Positions 36,649 to 45,730 of a stretch of DNA of 64,000 bases are shown here, in pieces (positions within the stretch are counted from its first letter, which is position 1; the number at the start of each line of letters is the position of its first letter). The notes under the pieces are model-generated. The model saw only the letters and a program-made list of their open reading frames with translations, was not told the DNA's origin and made no database searches. The position numbers were made by a program, and so were the translations under genes. Location: the IMG/VR virus record IMGVR_UViG_3300010396_000002, positions 91,560 through 155,559 of that record; one strand, written 5' to 3'. The DNA is from a virus.

Positions 36649-38715
36649 ATGGTCGACCTGTGCTTCAGTGGCTCATCGCGCAAGCTCGCGGCGCTCTGTT
36701 CTGCTTCGGCGGCCCTCCCGACGATCGATCATGTCGGCTCATCGGAAGTTGGCACCGCGCTCCACGAATTCGTCGAGTACCTCGTCGAGACGGCAGAGCG
36801 CCGGTACGCCGACGGAGAGCCACAGCTCAGCCACGAGGCTGCTCGCCGGGATCACTCGGTGCAGGGTGAGCTGGAGGAGATCGCCGACCGGAACGCGCTC
36901 ACCGGCGAGGCGCGCAGCATCTTCCTAGCCAGGGCCCGCGGCTTCTGGTGGGAGGTTCCCGAGGCCTGCTTGAGCGAGGTCGCGCTCGGCTACGTCAAGG
37001 GAGGCGCCGTCGAGGTAGCAGGAGGGAAGGGGAACTACACGCTCCACGAGGGCGCTGCCCCGTTCGCCGCCACGATCGACCTGCTCTGGGCCGAGCCGTA
37101 CCCGTTCCGGTTCGACCACGTCGACCCACGCCCCATCGTGCCCGTCGGCTCCACGCTCCACGTGGTCGACGTCAAGACGGGTGATGAGCTCTACGTGGAG
37201 CCGGTCGATCACAACGCGCAGCTCGGCCTCGGCGCCGTGCTCGCGTCGCGCTGGGTGCGCTGGGAAGGTGAGCCGTCGGTGCAGACCGGGATCCTCTGGT
37301 TCCGGAAGGGCCCCGCCGTCATCGAGTACGCACGCGATACGTGGACGGCCGACCGGGTCACCGATGAGATGCGCAAGCTCGGCGCCGAAATCCAGGCCGT
37401 GCGCGCCCAGCGCAAGCTGCTGACCGAAGGCAAGCCGCTCGACGGCCTCGTGGAGGGCGACCACTGCACCTACTGCCCGGCCCGCCAAGCCTGCCCGGCC
37501 AAGGTCGCCAGCGTCGCGGCCCTCGTCGGCGCCGAGCGAGGGCTCCTCGAGCCTGGTGCACTCTCCGACGAGCAGCTCGCCAAGGCGGTCGCGTTCCTGC
37601 CGACGCTGACGCGGCTAGCGGACACCATCCGGACGCTCGCCAAGGCCAGGGTCGAGCAGACGGGGCGCCCGCTCTCGCTTGCCGTCGGCAAGGCATGGGG
37701 GCCGCATCCGACGAAGACCAAGTCCTTCGCCGTCGACGCGGTCCGGTCCGTGCTCGAGGACGTGCTCGGAGTCGACGGAGCCTCGCGAGCGATCGATCCA
37801 CCCAAGGTGACCGCCGCCGGCATCAAGCGGGAGCTGGAGCGCCAGTACGGCCGCGAGAACACCTCCACCGTCACCAAGGTGATGCGGACCGTCTATGCCA
37901 AGGCGGGCGAGGTCGCCGGCGCCATCGTGGAGACGGATGGGACCGAGTGCGGCCCCTACAAGGATCTCTCGGTGCTCAGCGGGCCATTGAGCCCGGCAGC
38001 ACCGCTACTCCCCGGAGGCGCGGTTCATATGGAGCCGCCCGCGCCTCGCAGGAAGGTCACGAAGCGGCGGAAGGAAGGAGCAGTCGATGAACAAGATGGA
38101 AGCGGTGACGGGCATCACCAGGGCGGAGCGGAAGGCGATGGAGCGGGCGGCGAGCAAGCCTCCGTTCACGGCACCAGCACCGAGCAAGCGCCATGTGCGC
38201 CACAGCATCAAGGCGTCGATGGCCTGGCTGAAGGCGGCAATCGGCCCGGCGGACGTCTCGATCAAGACCGGGGTGCGTTCGGGCCGGAGGCTGAAGCGGG
38301 CCCGGAGGGCGGAGCGGAACCGGCTGGAGCGGGAGCGGCAGGCGAAGGTGATCTACGCGCAGGTGGCGCGGGAGCGTCTACCGCCTGGAGCGACGTTCCC
38401 GCGGGAGCACTGGCACGACGTGGACCACTGGGCGACGGAGACGCCGGCGGAGAGAGCGGAGCGGCTCTATCCACGGGGGGAGCCGCTCCTGGTGAAGCCG
38501 TACCGGCGGTGACGGAGGGCGGAGCGTTCGCCACGGCGGAGGTGCACGAGACGGCGCCTCCGCCGGCACCCTCCCCATCTCGGCCGAAGGCCCCGCGCAC
38601 GCCGTGCCCCGAGTGCGGGTCGCTTGGCAAGCACAGGACGAAGCCGCTCTGTTCTCTTAGCGCGAAGGCGCGGCGACTGCGCGTCGCTACGACCACCCCG
38701 CTCACCCCGAGGTAG
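36649..38715 (+). CDS. PD-(D/E)XK (Cas4/RecB-like) exonuclease; true 3' end uncertain (~38090)
   Basis: GTALH, SE, TIDLL, VVDVKTG, QL, C..CP...CP. Confidence 0.75.
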   Translation: MVDLCFSGSSRKLAALCSASAALPTIDHVGSSEVGTALHEFVEYLVETAERRYADGEPQLSHEAARRDHSVQGELEEIADRNALTGEARSIFLARARGFWWEVPEACLSEVALGYVKGGAVEVAGGKGNYTLHEGAAPFAATIDLLWAEPYPFRFDHVDPRPIVPVGSTLHVVDVKTGDELYVEPVDHNAQLGLGAVLASRWVRWEGEPSVQTGILWFRKGPAVIEYARDTWTADRVTDEMRKLGAEIQAVRAQRKLLTEGKPLDGLVEGDHCTYCPARQACPAKVASVAALVGAERGLLEPGALSDEQLAKAVAFLPTLTRLADTIRTLAKARVEQTGRPLSLAVGKAWGPHPTKTKSFAVDAVRSVLEDVLGVDGASRAIDPPKVTAAGIKRELERQYGRENTSTVTKVMRTVYAKAGEVAGAIVETDGTECGPYKDLSVLSGPLSPAAPLLPGGAVHMEPPAPRRKVTKRRKEGAVDEQDGSGDGHHQGGAEGDGAGGEQASVHGTSTEQAPCAPQHQGVDGLAEGGNRPGGRLDQDRGAFGPEAEAGPEGGAEPAGAGAAGEGDLRAGGAGASTAWSDVPAGALARRGPLGDGDAGGESGAALSTGGAAPGEAVPAVTEGGAFATAEVHETAPPPAPSPSRPKAPRTPCPECGSLGKHRTKPLCSLSAKARRLRVATTTPLTPR
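38087..38512 (+). CDS. basic hypothetical protein nested in the alternative frame of the nuclease ORF
   Basis: AAGGAG SD; this frame has the high GC3. Confidence 0.6.
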   Translation: MNKMEAVTGITRAERKAMERAASKPPFTAPAPSKRHVRHSIKASMAWLKAAIGPADVSIKTGVRSGRRLKRARRAERNRLERERQAKVIYAQVARERLPPGATFPREHWHDVDHWATETPAERAERLYPRGEPLLVKPYRR

Positions 38716-38717
38716 CC

Positions 38718-39374
38718 ATGCGTACCCACATCGCGGCCTTCGCGTGCCTGCTGGTCTGCTGTTCCAAGCCAGCCGACCCGCCAGCCATCGAGGCGCCTCG
38801 GGACGACCTCGGGACGACCCCGTGCTGCGCGCGCGCCCTGGAGCACGATCGTGCCCGGGGCCGAGCACACGGGCACGAAGACGTCTGCCTAGAAGGGAGC
38901 CACCCATGGTGTGACGACCGCGGGCGAGGCGATGGGCTATGCACGATCCTGTGCGTGCGGGACGAGGTCGACCGCGAGCAAGTCTTCGCGGCGCGGTACT
39001 ATCGCGCGGCGAGTGCCGGACATGGTGTCATCCACCCTCCTGCCCCAACGTTGGTCGCCGCCGCGGCCCACGATGCCCTCCGACACGCCGGCATGGGAGC
39101 GCCCATCTTGGAAGTGCCGCGGGTGGAGTGCTACACGGGTTTCAGCGGCGGGTTGGAGTGCGAGCCGGCCGCATGGCCGTGTGCCTCGGAGAGGCACCTA
39201 CGACACTCTCGCGTGCGCCGCTTCTACGCGGTGGATCCCGTCACTAGGACGAACGCGTACGCGTGCTGCGAGGTCGGGAGCGAGACGTGCAGCGTGCCTG
39301 CGCGCCCATGGCCGTGCGACAACGACGACCGGGACTGCGAAGCGCCGCCCCCGATCTGGGAGCAGCCCGACTGA
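38718..39374 (+). CDS. Cys-rich putative lipoprotein
   Basis: MRTHIAAFACLLVCC lipobox-like; many Cys. Confidence 0.55.
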   Translation: MRTHIAAFACLLVCCSKPADPPAIEAPRDDLGTTPCCARALEHDRARGRAHGHEDVCLEGSHPWCDDRGRGDGLCTILCVRDEVDREQVFAARYYRAASAGHGVIHPPAPTLVAAAAHDALRHAGMGAPILEVPRVECYTGFSGGLECEPAAWPCASERHLRHSRVRRFYAVDPVTRTNAYACCEVGSETCSVPARPWPCDNDDRDCEAPPPIWEQPD

Positions 39375-39387
39375 GCAAACGGGCTGC
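39362..39387. terminator. hairpin at the convergence of the two arms
   Basis: GCAGCCCG-N10-CGGGCTGC; no U-tract. Confidence 0.3.
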
Positions 39388-39400
39388 GCGCGCTTGGCGG

Positions 39401-41359
39401 CTAGTAGCTCAGCGCCGACTTGATGGCCGCCTTGATGTCGCCGGTCCCGTTGGCGGCCGCATCGTTGTGGATGCCGTCCGTGTAGTACCGGCCGGTCGGC
39501 GCGGTCGACGAGTTGTAGATCGTGGTGTTCTGGTAGATGGCCGTGCCATCGACCGTCGTGCAGTAGGACGCGCGCGCTGCGCAAGCGGAAGCAATCGCGG
39601 TGCGGTAATCCCCGAGCGTGGAGCCCGAGATCGCGGCCTCGCTCGCCGGGCTCACGCGCGGGAACGGTGTCTGCGCGTAGACGTGGGTGGACGGAGACGC
39701 CGTGTGGATCTTGTCGAGCAGGTCACCGTACCCAGTGCCGAAGGCGGGCGCCGCGGGGGTGCCCCACTGCGCGCCGTTCGAGTAGTCGTTCGTGCTGAGC
39801 TGGATCCACAGGTAGCTTGTGGATGTACCGTCGAGCGCAGACGCGAGCGCCGTCGCCAGCGTCGACCGCTGAGCGCCGGTGCCACCGATGTAGAACAGTT
39901 CCGAGCCGCCCCAGCACCAGCACGTGACGCCGCCGGTGCCCGTCGTGGGGAAGTCGGCGCGGACCTTCGCCGTGACCGAGTTCTGGAAAGGCGCGGCGGG
40001 GTAGAACCCGCTGAAGATCGAGTCGGCGAGAAAGACCAGGCGCTTCTGGGGTGGGCCGGTCGGGAAGACCTGGCTCGCTCCGACGGGGATCCGCAGCGCG
40101 GTGACGAACACGCCTGTCGGCGGGTACGGCACGCCCGCCGAGAAGAAAATCTCGTTGCCCTCCCACAGGTCGACCGTCCGGTTAGTGCCCGCAGGCAGAA
40201 CGAAGTCGTCCGTGCCGCTGATGTTGAAGGTCTCCTGGTTCTGGGCGAAATAGATGCCGCTGACGTAGGCGCCGATACCGCTCTGCGAAGCGAAGTTGTT
40301 GAAATTGTCGTACCAGTCGTAGCCGATGTTGCGGCTCGACACGCCGCTCACGCGCAGGCGCGCGTATGCGTTGCGGACCGTGTACCCGGATCCGGCCACG
40401 CTGAGCTTGCTGTCGAAGTACATCCCGTCCGTCGTCGGGATGCGGCGCTCGCTGTAGTTGGTAAGTGTCGGCGATCCAGTCACCGTCAGCGCGACGGACG
40501 CAGAGCCGTGCGGCGTGATCGTGGTGGCGCTCCCGTTCCAGTCGCGGCCCGCGTCGAAGTCGAAGCTCGGCGTGATCCCCGCCGGCCAGGATCCGATGAA
40601 CGAGAACCGGCTGGTCGTCGTGCCGATCGCGGTGAGCGCGGCGGCGTTGGCGCTGCTCAGCTCGGATGGGATGACCGCCCATGCGCAGACGGAGCCGGAG
40701 GCGAGGGACAGGTAGGTGGCGTCGCTCGACAGGCCGATGTTGGTCACGCACGTCGAGTCGGGCGCGGACCCCTGCGTCAGCAGCCCCTTGTCCACGAGCG
40801 AGGAGCCGTTCTGCGCGAACAGGATGTGGCTGTCAGAGGCGCGCCAGACGAGCACCATCCGGTGCAGGCCGAGGGTGAACTGCGCGGCGGTGGCACTGTC
40901 CAGGCCGATGGGATTCGAGTTGCCAGCGGAGATCGCGTAGACCCCGTTGAACTGGTTGACGAGGCGCCAGCCCTTCGAGCTTGTATTGTTGCTCCCGACG
41001 ATCTGCTCACCCGGGTACGCCGGGAAGGACATCGCAGGGTTGGCGAACGCGAAGTAGACGACGGCGAGTGTCGAGCCAGGCGCCCACGCGAGCGTCGATC
41101 CGGTCGTGGACTTGATGGTCTTCCCGGCGCTGAAGGTATCCACGCCGGCGCCGGCGAGGAAGACCCCGCGCGCGCTTGAGTTCGTCGCTTGGAGGCCGCC
41201 CCCGACGTGCGCCGGTCCCGTCGTGAGCCCGAGCTTCGTATCCGCGAGCGCGACGTTTCCGAGCGCCAGCGCGAGCAGTGCCGGCAGGACGGCCGCCCGA
41301 CGGCGTACCAGAACCAGCACCGCGACGAACGCGGCGAAGAGAATGGCGGCTTGCGGCAT
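39401..41359 (-). CDS. signal-peptide-bearing LamG-like + SGNH/GDSL hydrolase protein
   Basis: Hydrophobic N-terminus ending ALA-D; FLADSI, LSTND, DGIH. Confidence 0.7.
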   Translation of the reverse strand: MPQAAILFAAFVAVLVLVRRRAAVLPALLALALGNVALADTKLGLTTGPAHVGGGLQATNSSARGVFLAGAGVDTFSAGKTIKSTTGSTLAWAPGSTLAVVYFAFANPAMSFPAYPGEQIVGSNNTSSKGWRLVNQFNGVYAISAGNSNPIGLDSATAAQFTLGLHRMVLVWRASDSHILFAQNGSSLVDKGLLTQGSAPDSTCVTNIGLSSDATYLSLASGSVCAWAVIPSELSSANAAALTAIGTTTSRFSFIGSWPAGITPSFDFDAGRDWNGSATTITPHGSASVALTVTGSPTLTNYSERRIPTTDGMYFDSKLSVAGSGYTVRNAYARLRVSGVSSRNIGYDWYDNFNNFASQSGIGAYVSGIYFAQNQETFNISGTDDFVLPAGTNRTVDLWEGNEIFFSAGVPYPPTGVFVTALRIPVGASQVFPTGPPQKRLVFLADSIFSGFYPAAPFQNSVTAKVRADFPTTGTGGVTCWCWGGSELFYIGGTGAQRSTLATALASALDGTSTSYLWIQLSTNDYSNGAQWGTPAAPAFGTGYGDLLDKIHTASPSTHVYAQTPFPRVSPASEAAISGSTLGDYRTAIASACAARASYCTTVDGTAIYQNTTIYNSSTAPTGRYYTDGIHNDAAANGTGDIKAAIKSALSY

Positions 41360-41361
41360 GG

Positions 41362-42006
41362 TCAGAAGGTCAGGGCGACGGTGAAGGCGACGCTCGAGCC
41401 CGCAGTGATGCCGTCGAGGTAGGTCGCGTTGGTGCCTGCCGGCCACGTCATGCCACCCCCAGCGGCCAGGTAGCTCCCGCTCGCCACCCCTCCAGCAGTG
41501 AGCGACGCGCCAGCGTCGACGCCCAGGCCTGGGTTGTAGGGGCCCACATACAAGGCGTTGGAGGCGTCGGTGTCGGTGACCAGGATCCCCCGGAAGCCCG
41601 TGGCCGAGTAGCAGGACCAGACGACCGCGGAGCCGCCCCCATCCCCTCCGGGGCCGTCGGTGATGCCAGTGCCCGTGGTTGCTGGACCCGAGCCGGTGTT
41701 CGCCGAGATCCCCGCCGTCGTTGCGGCGCAGATCCGGCCATTCGCCTGGGCGACCTGCCCGACGACGTAGGACGTGTCGACCACCCACTTCGCGGCGAGC
41801 GGCGCAGCCGTGCCCGTCGCGGTCCCCCCCCACGTGATCAGGACGGAGGACTTCACGTCCTCCACGTCGGAGATGGACTTGAGCTTGTGGCTCGGAGCCG
41901 GTTCGCTCGATGACACGGGCCCCGGCGCCGGGCCTGGTGAGCTCGGGCAGCCGATGAGCGCGAAGGCGAACGACAACAGCAGCACGAAACGTGCGAGACG
42001 CGTCAT
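41362..42006 (-). CDS. putative lipoprotein with carbohydrate-binding-like motif
   Basis: MTRLARFVLLLSFAFALIGC; WVVDTSYVVGQ...TDG. Confidence 0.65.
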   Translation of the reverse strand: MTRLARFVLLLSFAFALIGCPSSPGPAPGPVSSSEPAPSHKLKSISDVEDVKSSVLITWGGTATGTAAPLAAKWVVDTSYVVGQVAQANGRICAATTAGISANTGSGPATTGTGITDGPGGDGGGSAVVWSCYSATGFRGILVTDTDASNALYVGPYNPGLGVDAGASLTAGGVASGSYLAAGGGMTWPAGTNATYLDGITAGSSVAFTVALTF

Positions 42007-42036
42007 GAAGATCCTCGTGATGTGGTGGAGCGAGAA

Positions 42037-43860
42037 CTAGGCGGTAAGGCCGACACCGGATGCGGCAGCGCTGACGAGCGCCTCGAGCGCATTGGCCTTG
42101 GCTGCCAGGCTCGCGAGCGCGCTCTGCACGTTCTGCATGTCGGTCTGCGAGTAGCTGACTCCAGCCGTGATCGGGGAGAGCGTACCGGAGGGAGTGCCCC
42201 CGGTGCTGTCGGTGAGCTGACCGATCCGGTTTGGCTTCGCGATCGGGGTCGCTCCGTAGAAGCCGAGCAGCGTGCCCGAGGTGCCGATCTTGAGGCCCGC
42301 CGCGGTTGCCACGATGATGTCGGCATTGCCGGCCTGGGTCAGGTGGAACTCGTACCCCTCGAGCGTGAGCTTGCCGTTGTTGCCGGTGCCGTTGGTGCCG
42401 CCGGTGCCCGCAGGCCCCGCCGACAACAGCACGTCGCCACCGTTGTTGTTGTTGGTCGCAGGGGGAACGCTCTGGCCTGGTTGCCCGATGATGGTGAGCG
42501 ATTGCCCGTTCCTGCTTCCATTCCCCGCCGCCGGGACGATGGTGAGAGTACAGTTGTTGCCGCTCCCAGGGTCGGCAAATGCGGTCGTTGCCGGAATGCT
42601 GAGCCCGCCGACTGTCCCCGGAGCCCCACTCCCGCCAGTGCCTGGAGCCCCGCCGACGATCACCACGTTGCCGCCGTTGTTGTTGTTCGCGGTGCCGGTC
42701 TGATTCTGCCCGGCCTGCCCCTGGATCGTGAGCGGCTGCCCTGCGGCCGCGCCGGTGCCGCCGAGCTGGTACTGGCCCAGCGTCGGCCCCGCGATCCCGC
42801 TTGCCCAGAACACGTCGACCGCGGAGAGTGTGATCCCCAGCGTGGAGACGGTCATCGAGTAACCGCCACCGTCGATCTCGACGGTGCCCTGCGTGCCCGC
42901 TGCTCCGCTGCCACCCGTGCCCGCCGAGCCACCGCGCAGGAACAGCGTCCCGCCGGGGTTGTTGTCGTTGCCGGTCCCGAGCTGGCTCTGCCCTGACTGG
43001 GCCTGGATCGTCATCGCCAGGCCGGCAGCTCCGCCGATGTTGCCGAGCTGGCTCTGCCCGATGAACGGAGCGCCGGCGGTCGCCTCGAAGTACATCTGCT
43101 GAATGTCGGTGACCGTCGCGCCGAGCAGGTCGATCACCGTGATCTCCACCCCGTCGCCGAGCGCCAGCGTGGCCCCGCTATTCGTCGAGCTGACGAGGGG
43201 CACCGACGCGTGCGTTGCGCCCTTGATGGCCGCAGCGATCTGGTTGCCCGCTTGGAGCTTCAGCGCGCCCGTCGACGCCACGTTCGTCGAGGCCGTGGCG
43301 AAGGACGTGGCCCGGAGCTGCCCGTTGCCATCCCGGATCGGGATCGTGTTGTCGGTCGGGTTGACGTCGACCGGGTTGACCAGCGAGGCGCGGAGGGCCG
43401 CGTTGATCAACTTGCACCAGCCGAACGCTGGGTCGGTCTCGAGCTGCTCGCCGAAGCATCCAACCAGTGCCGGCCCCACGGCGAACTTCGTCGTGGTCTG
43501 CGTCTTCGAGTAGTCGATGACGTCTTGCCCAGGCTGCGCGTTCGGGGGCCCGACTCTCCCGCCGTTGATCAAAACCTGAAGGATCCCGGCCGAGTTGTCG
43601 GCGCCCGTCGTGAGCGTGAACTGGCCGGTCTTCACGCCATTGTAGGAGCTCGTGACGATCGACGCGGTCAGCGCCGCAGCGCTCGACGTCTCGTCCGTCG
43701 CGGTGACCGTGTAGACCACGCTGGTGACGCCGGCCGTGCTCGCGAGCCGGCCGTACACGGTGGCGTTCGACGCCAGGCCGGTGATCGGCGCTCCGGGCGC
43801 GAGCCAGTTCTGGCCGTCGCTGCTCCACTGGATCAGGGGGCTCGGGGTCACACCAGGCAT
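42037..43860 (-). CDS. Gly/Thr-rich tail fibre-like protein
   Basis: Three TI.GQ.GQ...NNN.GG...GTGG repeats; C-terminal GFYGATP + helix. Confidence 0.7.
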   Translation of the reverse strand: MPGVTPSPLIQWSSDGQNWLAPGAPITGLASNATVYGRLASTAGVTSVVYTVTATDETSSAAALTASIVTSSYNGVKTGQFTLTTGADNSAGILQVLINGGRVGPPNAQPGQDVIDYSKTQTTTKFAVGPALVGCFGEQLETDPAFGWCKLINAALRASLVNPVDVNPTDNTIPIRDGNGQLRATSFATASTNVASTGALKLQAGNQIAAAIKGATHASVPLVSSTNSGATLALGDGVEITVIDLLGATVTDIQQMYFEATAGAPFIGQSQLGNIGGAAGLAMTIQAQSGQSQLGTGNDNNPGGTLFLRGGSAGTGGSGAAGTQGTVEIDGGGYSMTVSTLGITLSAVDVFWASGIAGPTLGQYQLGGTGAAAGQPLTIQGQAGQNQTGTANNNNGGNVVIVGGAPGTGGSGAPGTVGGLSIPATTAFADPGSGNNCTLTIVPAAGNGSRNGQSLTIIGQPGQSVPPATNNNNGGDVLLSAGPAGTGGTNGTGNNGKLTLEGYEFHLTQAGNADIIVATAAGLKIGTSGTLLGFYGATPIAKPNRIGQLTDSTGGTPSGTLSPITAGVSYSQTDMQNVQSALASLAAKANALEALVSAAASGVGLTA

Positions 43861-43872
43861 CGTGGTCTCCTC

Positions 43873-43884
43873 GTCTCGTGATCA
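43873..43884 (+). repeat. 12-bp direct repeat, left copy
   Basis: GTCTCGTGATCA, identical at 44721-44732. Confidence 0.75.
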
Positions 43885-44148
43885 GCGCGCAGCGGGTGCG
43901 TCCGGGCGCACAGGAACTGTCGGAGCCTTCGCCCGAGCCTCGGCCAGCGGCTGCTCTGCGGCCGCCTTCTTCGCAGCCTTCGCGTGCGCCGCGTCGGTGT
44001 CCTCCGCGAGCTGGTGGAGCACCTTCGCCCGGCAGGGCAGCCCGCAGACGTGCTTCGGGGCAGCCGTGCCGATCCGGATCCGTTCGTAGGTCGCCCCAGC
44101 GGGCTCGGATGTATTGCAGCCGTCACACTTCGTCTCGGTCGTTTGCAT
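43882..44148 (-). CDS. small Zn-finger protein
   Basis: CDGC...HVCGLPC. Confidence 0.6.
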   Translation of the reverse strand: MQTTETKCDGCNTSEPAGATYERIRIGTAAPKHVCGLPCRAKVLHQLAEDTDAAHAKAAKKAAAEQPLAEARAKAPTVPVRPDAPAAR

Positions 44149-44234
44149 AGGGAACCATCCTACACGGTCGCACGTTTGCGGCGGATCACGCCCATTCTGC
44201 GCGTTCCTGCGCCATCAAATTCCGCTGCTGGCGA

Positions 44235-44263
44235 TTGACAGGCGGGGTAGGGGAGCCCACCCT
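44235..44263 (+). promoter_or_regulatory. sigma70-like promoter of the inserted lipoprotein gene
   Basis: TTGACA-N17-CACCCT upstream of AAGGAGG/ATG 44343. Confidence 0.5.
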
Positions 44264-44342
44264 CGCGCACAGACGGGCGCCGCGGGGCTCTCACCCCCCA
44301 ACGGTCGCCCTGACACCCACGAGCCTAGAAGGAGGCCCGAAG

Positions 44343-44729
44343 ATGCTTCTCACACGTTACGGCAGCGCGTTCGCTGTCGCCATCCTCTCCGCTGTCAGTC
44401 TGTTCACGTACGGGTGCAGCTCCGACTCGCCCGGCTCCTCCTCGGGAGGCGATGAGTGCGGCGCTTCCGGATACATCGCGTGCCCACCATTCAGCGCGGA
44501 TGGTGGCATCCCGCCGATCTTCACACCCACGTGCTACGACCCGCTGACCAGCAACGTCAACTGCGGGGGGTGCGGGATCGCCTGCGGCGCAGATGCCATT
44601 TGCATCAACGGCGAGTGTGCGTGTGGCCCTCAGGGCAGTTCGTGCGCAGCGGACTCCAACTGCTGCGCAGGGCTGCGGTGCCTCCCCGAGCAAAACGGGT
44701 CCGTTCCGCGCACGTGCGGAGTCTCGTGA
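44343..44729 (+). CDS. Cys-rich lipoprotein with Stig1-like motif (moron, opposite strand)
   Basis: Lipobox FTYGC; CYDPLTSNVNCGGCGIAC...C..G.C. Confidence 0.8.
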   Translation: MLLTRYGSAFAVAILSAVSLFTYGCSSDSPGSSSGGDECGASGYIACPPFSADGGIPPIFTPTCYDPLTSNVNCGGCGIACGADAICINGECACGPQGSSCAADSNCCAGLRCLPEQNGSVPRTCGVS

Positions 44730-44732
44730 TCA
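44721..44732 (+). repeat. 12-bp direct repeat, right copy
   Basis: GTCTCGTGATCA. Confidence 0.75.
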
Positions 44733-45722
44733 CGTCGCACTGCCCCATTTGAGCAGTGCCCGCCATACGCTGTACCCGCCCGCATCCTCCCAGTAGAACA
44801 AGATCCCACCAGGGCCAGCGCTCGTGTCGTTGAATGTTCCGATCGTGGTCCCGTTGGTGTCTTTGAAAATGACCACAGGCCCGCTAGCGGCAAGATTGTG
44901 CACCGCATCTCCGACGACATAGAAAAGCGCCGTCTGGCCGCCTGAAAAGCTCGGGTTGTCGAGCGTCCAGTTCCTGCCCGTCGTGAACGACACCAGGTTG
45001 TTGAGCGTGATGACGTCCCATTGCGTCGGGTCGAGGCTCTGATCGCTGTCAGGTGATGCGGGTCGCCCAATCCTGAGATTGGTCCTCGCGCCGGCCCCGC
45101 TCTTCGTGAAGAGCCCCGTCTGTGTCGCGCTCACCATGTTCGAGATCGTCGTCGAACCATTCATGGTCGCCGTGCTGCTCGAGTCGGTGACCAGGCTCGT
45201 GCCGGTCTCGAGGTGGAGCTCCGCGTTCCCCAGCAGCGTAACGTCGGAGCCGCTCGCGTTCGGCCCTCGCCCGTCGATGACGAGGTGTCCCGGCGCCATC
45301 GTGCTTGCACCGACGTGGAATGTCGACCCAGCGAGCTGGTAGGCGTCGACGAAGAACTCCCACTCCCCCGCCTGGACGACGTTCGTAGGGCCCGTGAATA
45401 CCGTGTCCCCGCTGAAGGTCACGGTGCTGTTGAAGTCGACGGTAGCGCCGACCAGCGTCTGGAACGTCGCCCCGCTCTCGATCAGCATCGTGCCGAAGAC
45501 GTTCGCCGTGACGATGTCCGTCGCCGAGAACGGCGCCTCGATCGTGATGTTCCCGCCTCCCGCCGGGAAGTCGAGCGTCATGCCCGTGAGCAGGTTGTAC
45601 TGGCCGCCAGCGCTGCCGTCGACTGCGTTCGCCAGGTTCGAGCGCCACGCGTTCGCGACCGCTGCCGTAAAGGTGCTCGTCCCTGCCACGAAGGGCAGCG
45701 AGGGGACCAACCCGAAGGACAT
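44730..45722 (-). CDS. tail fibre/spike-like protein
   Basis: Thr/Gly-rich beta-repeat character; position after baseplate genes. Confidence 0.6.
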   Translation of the reverse strand: MSFGLVPSLPFVAGTSTFTAAVANAWRSNLANAVDGSAGGQYNLLTGMTLDFPAGGGNITIEAPFSATDIVTANVFGTMLIESGATFQTLVGATVDFNSTVTFSGDTVFTGPTNVVQAGEWEFFVDAYQLAGSTFHVGASTMAPGHLVIDGRGPNASGSDVTLLGNAELHLETGTSLVTDSSSTATMNGSTTISNMVSATQTGLFTKSGAGARTNLRIGRPASPDSDQSLDPTQWDVITLNNLVSFTTGRNWTLDNPSFSGGQTALFYVVGDAVHNLAASGPVVIFKDTNGTTIGTFNDTSAGPGGILFYWEDAGGYSVWRALLKWGSAT

Positions 45723-45730
45723 GATCTACC

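Noticed and set aside
36649-38090. Cas4-like nuclease as part of a CRISPR system
   Set aside because: No cas1/cas2 or array; stand-alone PD-(D/E)XK nucleases near AAA ATPases are ordinary phage recombination genes.
44265-44312. GCGCACA plus hairpin upstream of the moron lipoprotein as a 24th element
   Set aside because: Lacks the 6-bp arm at the fixed spacing and the bulged-G geometry.
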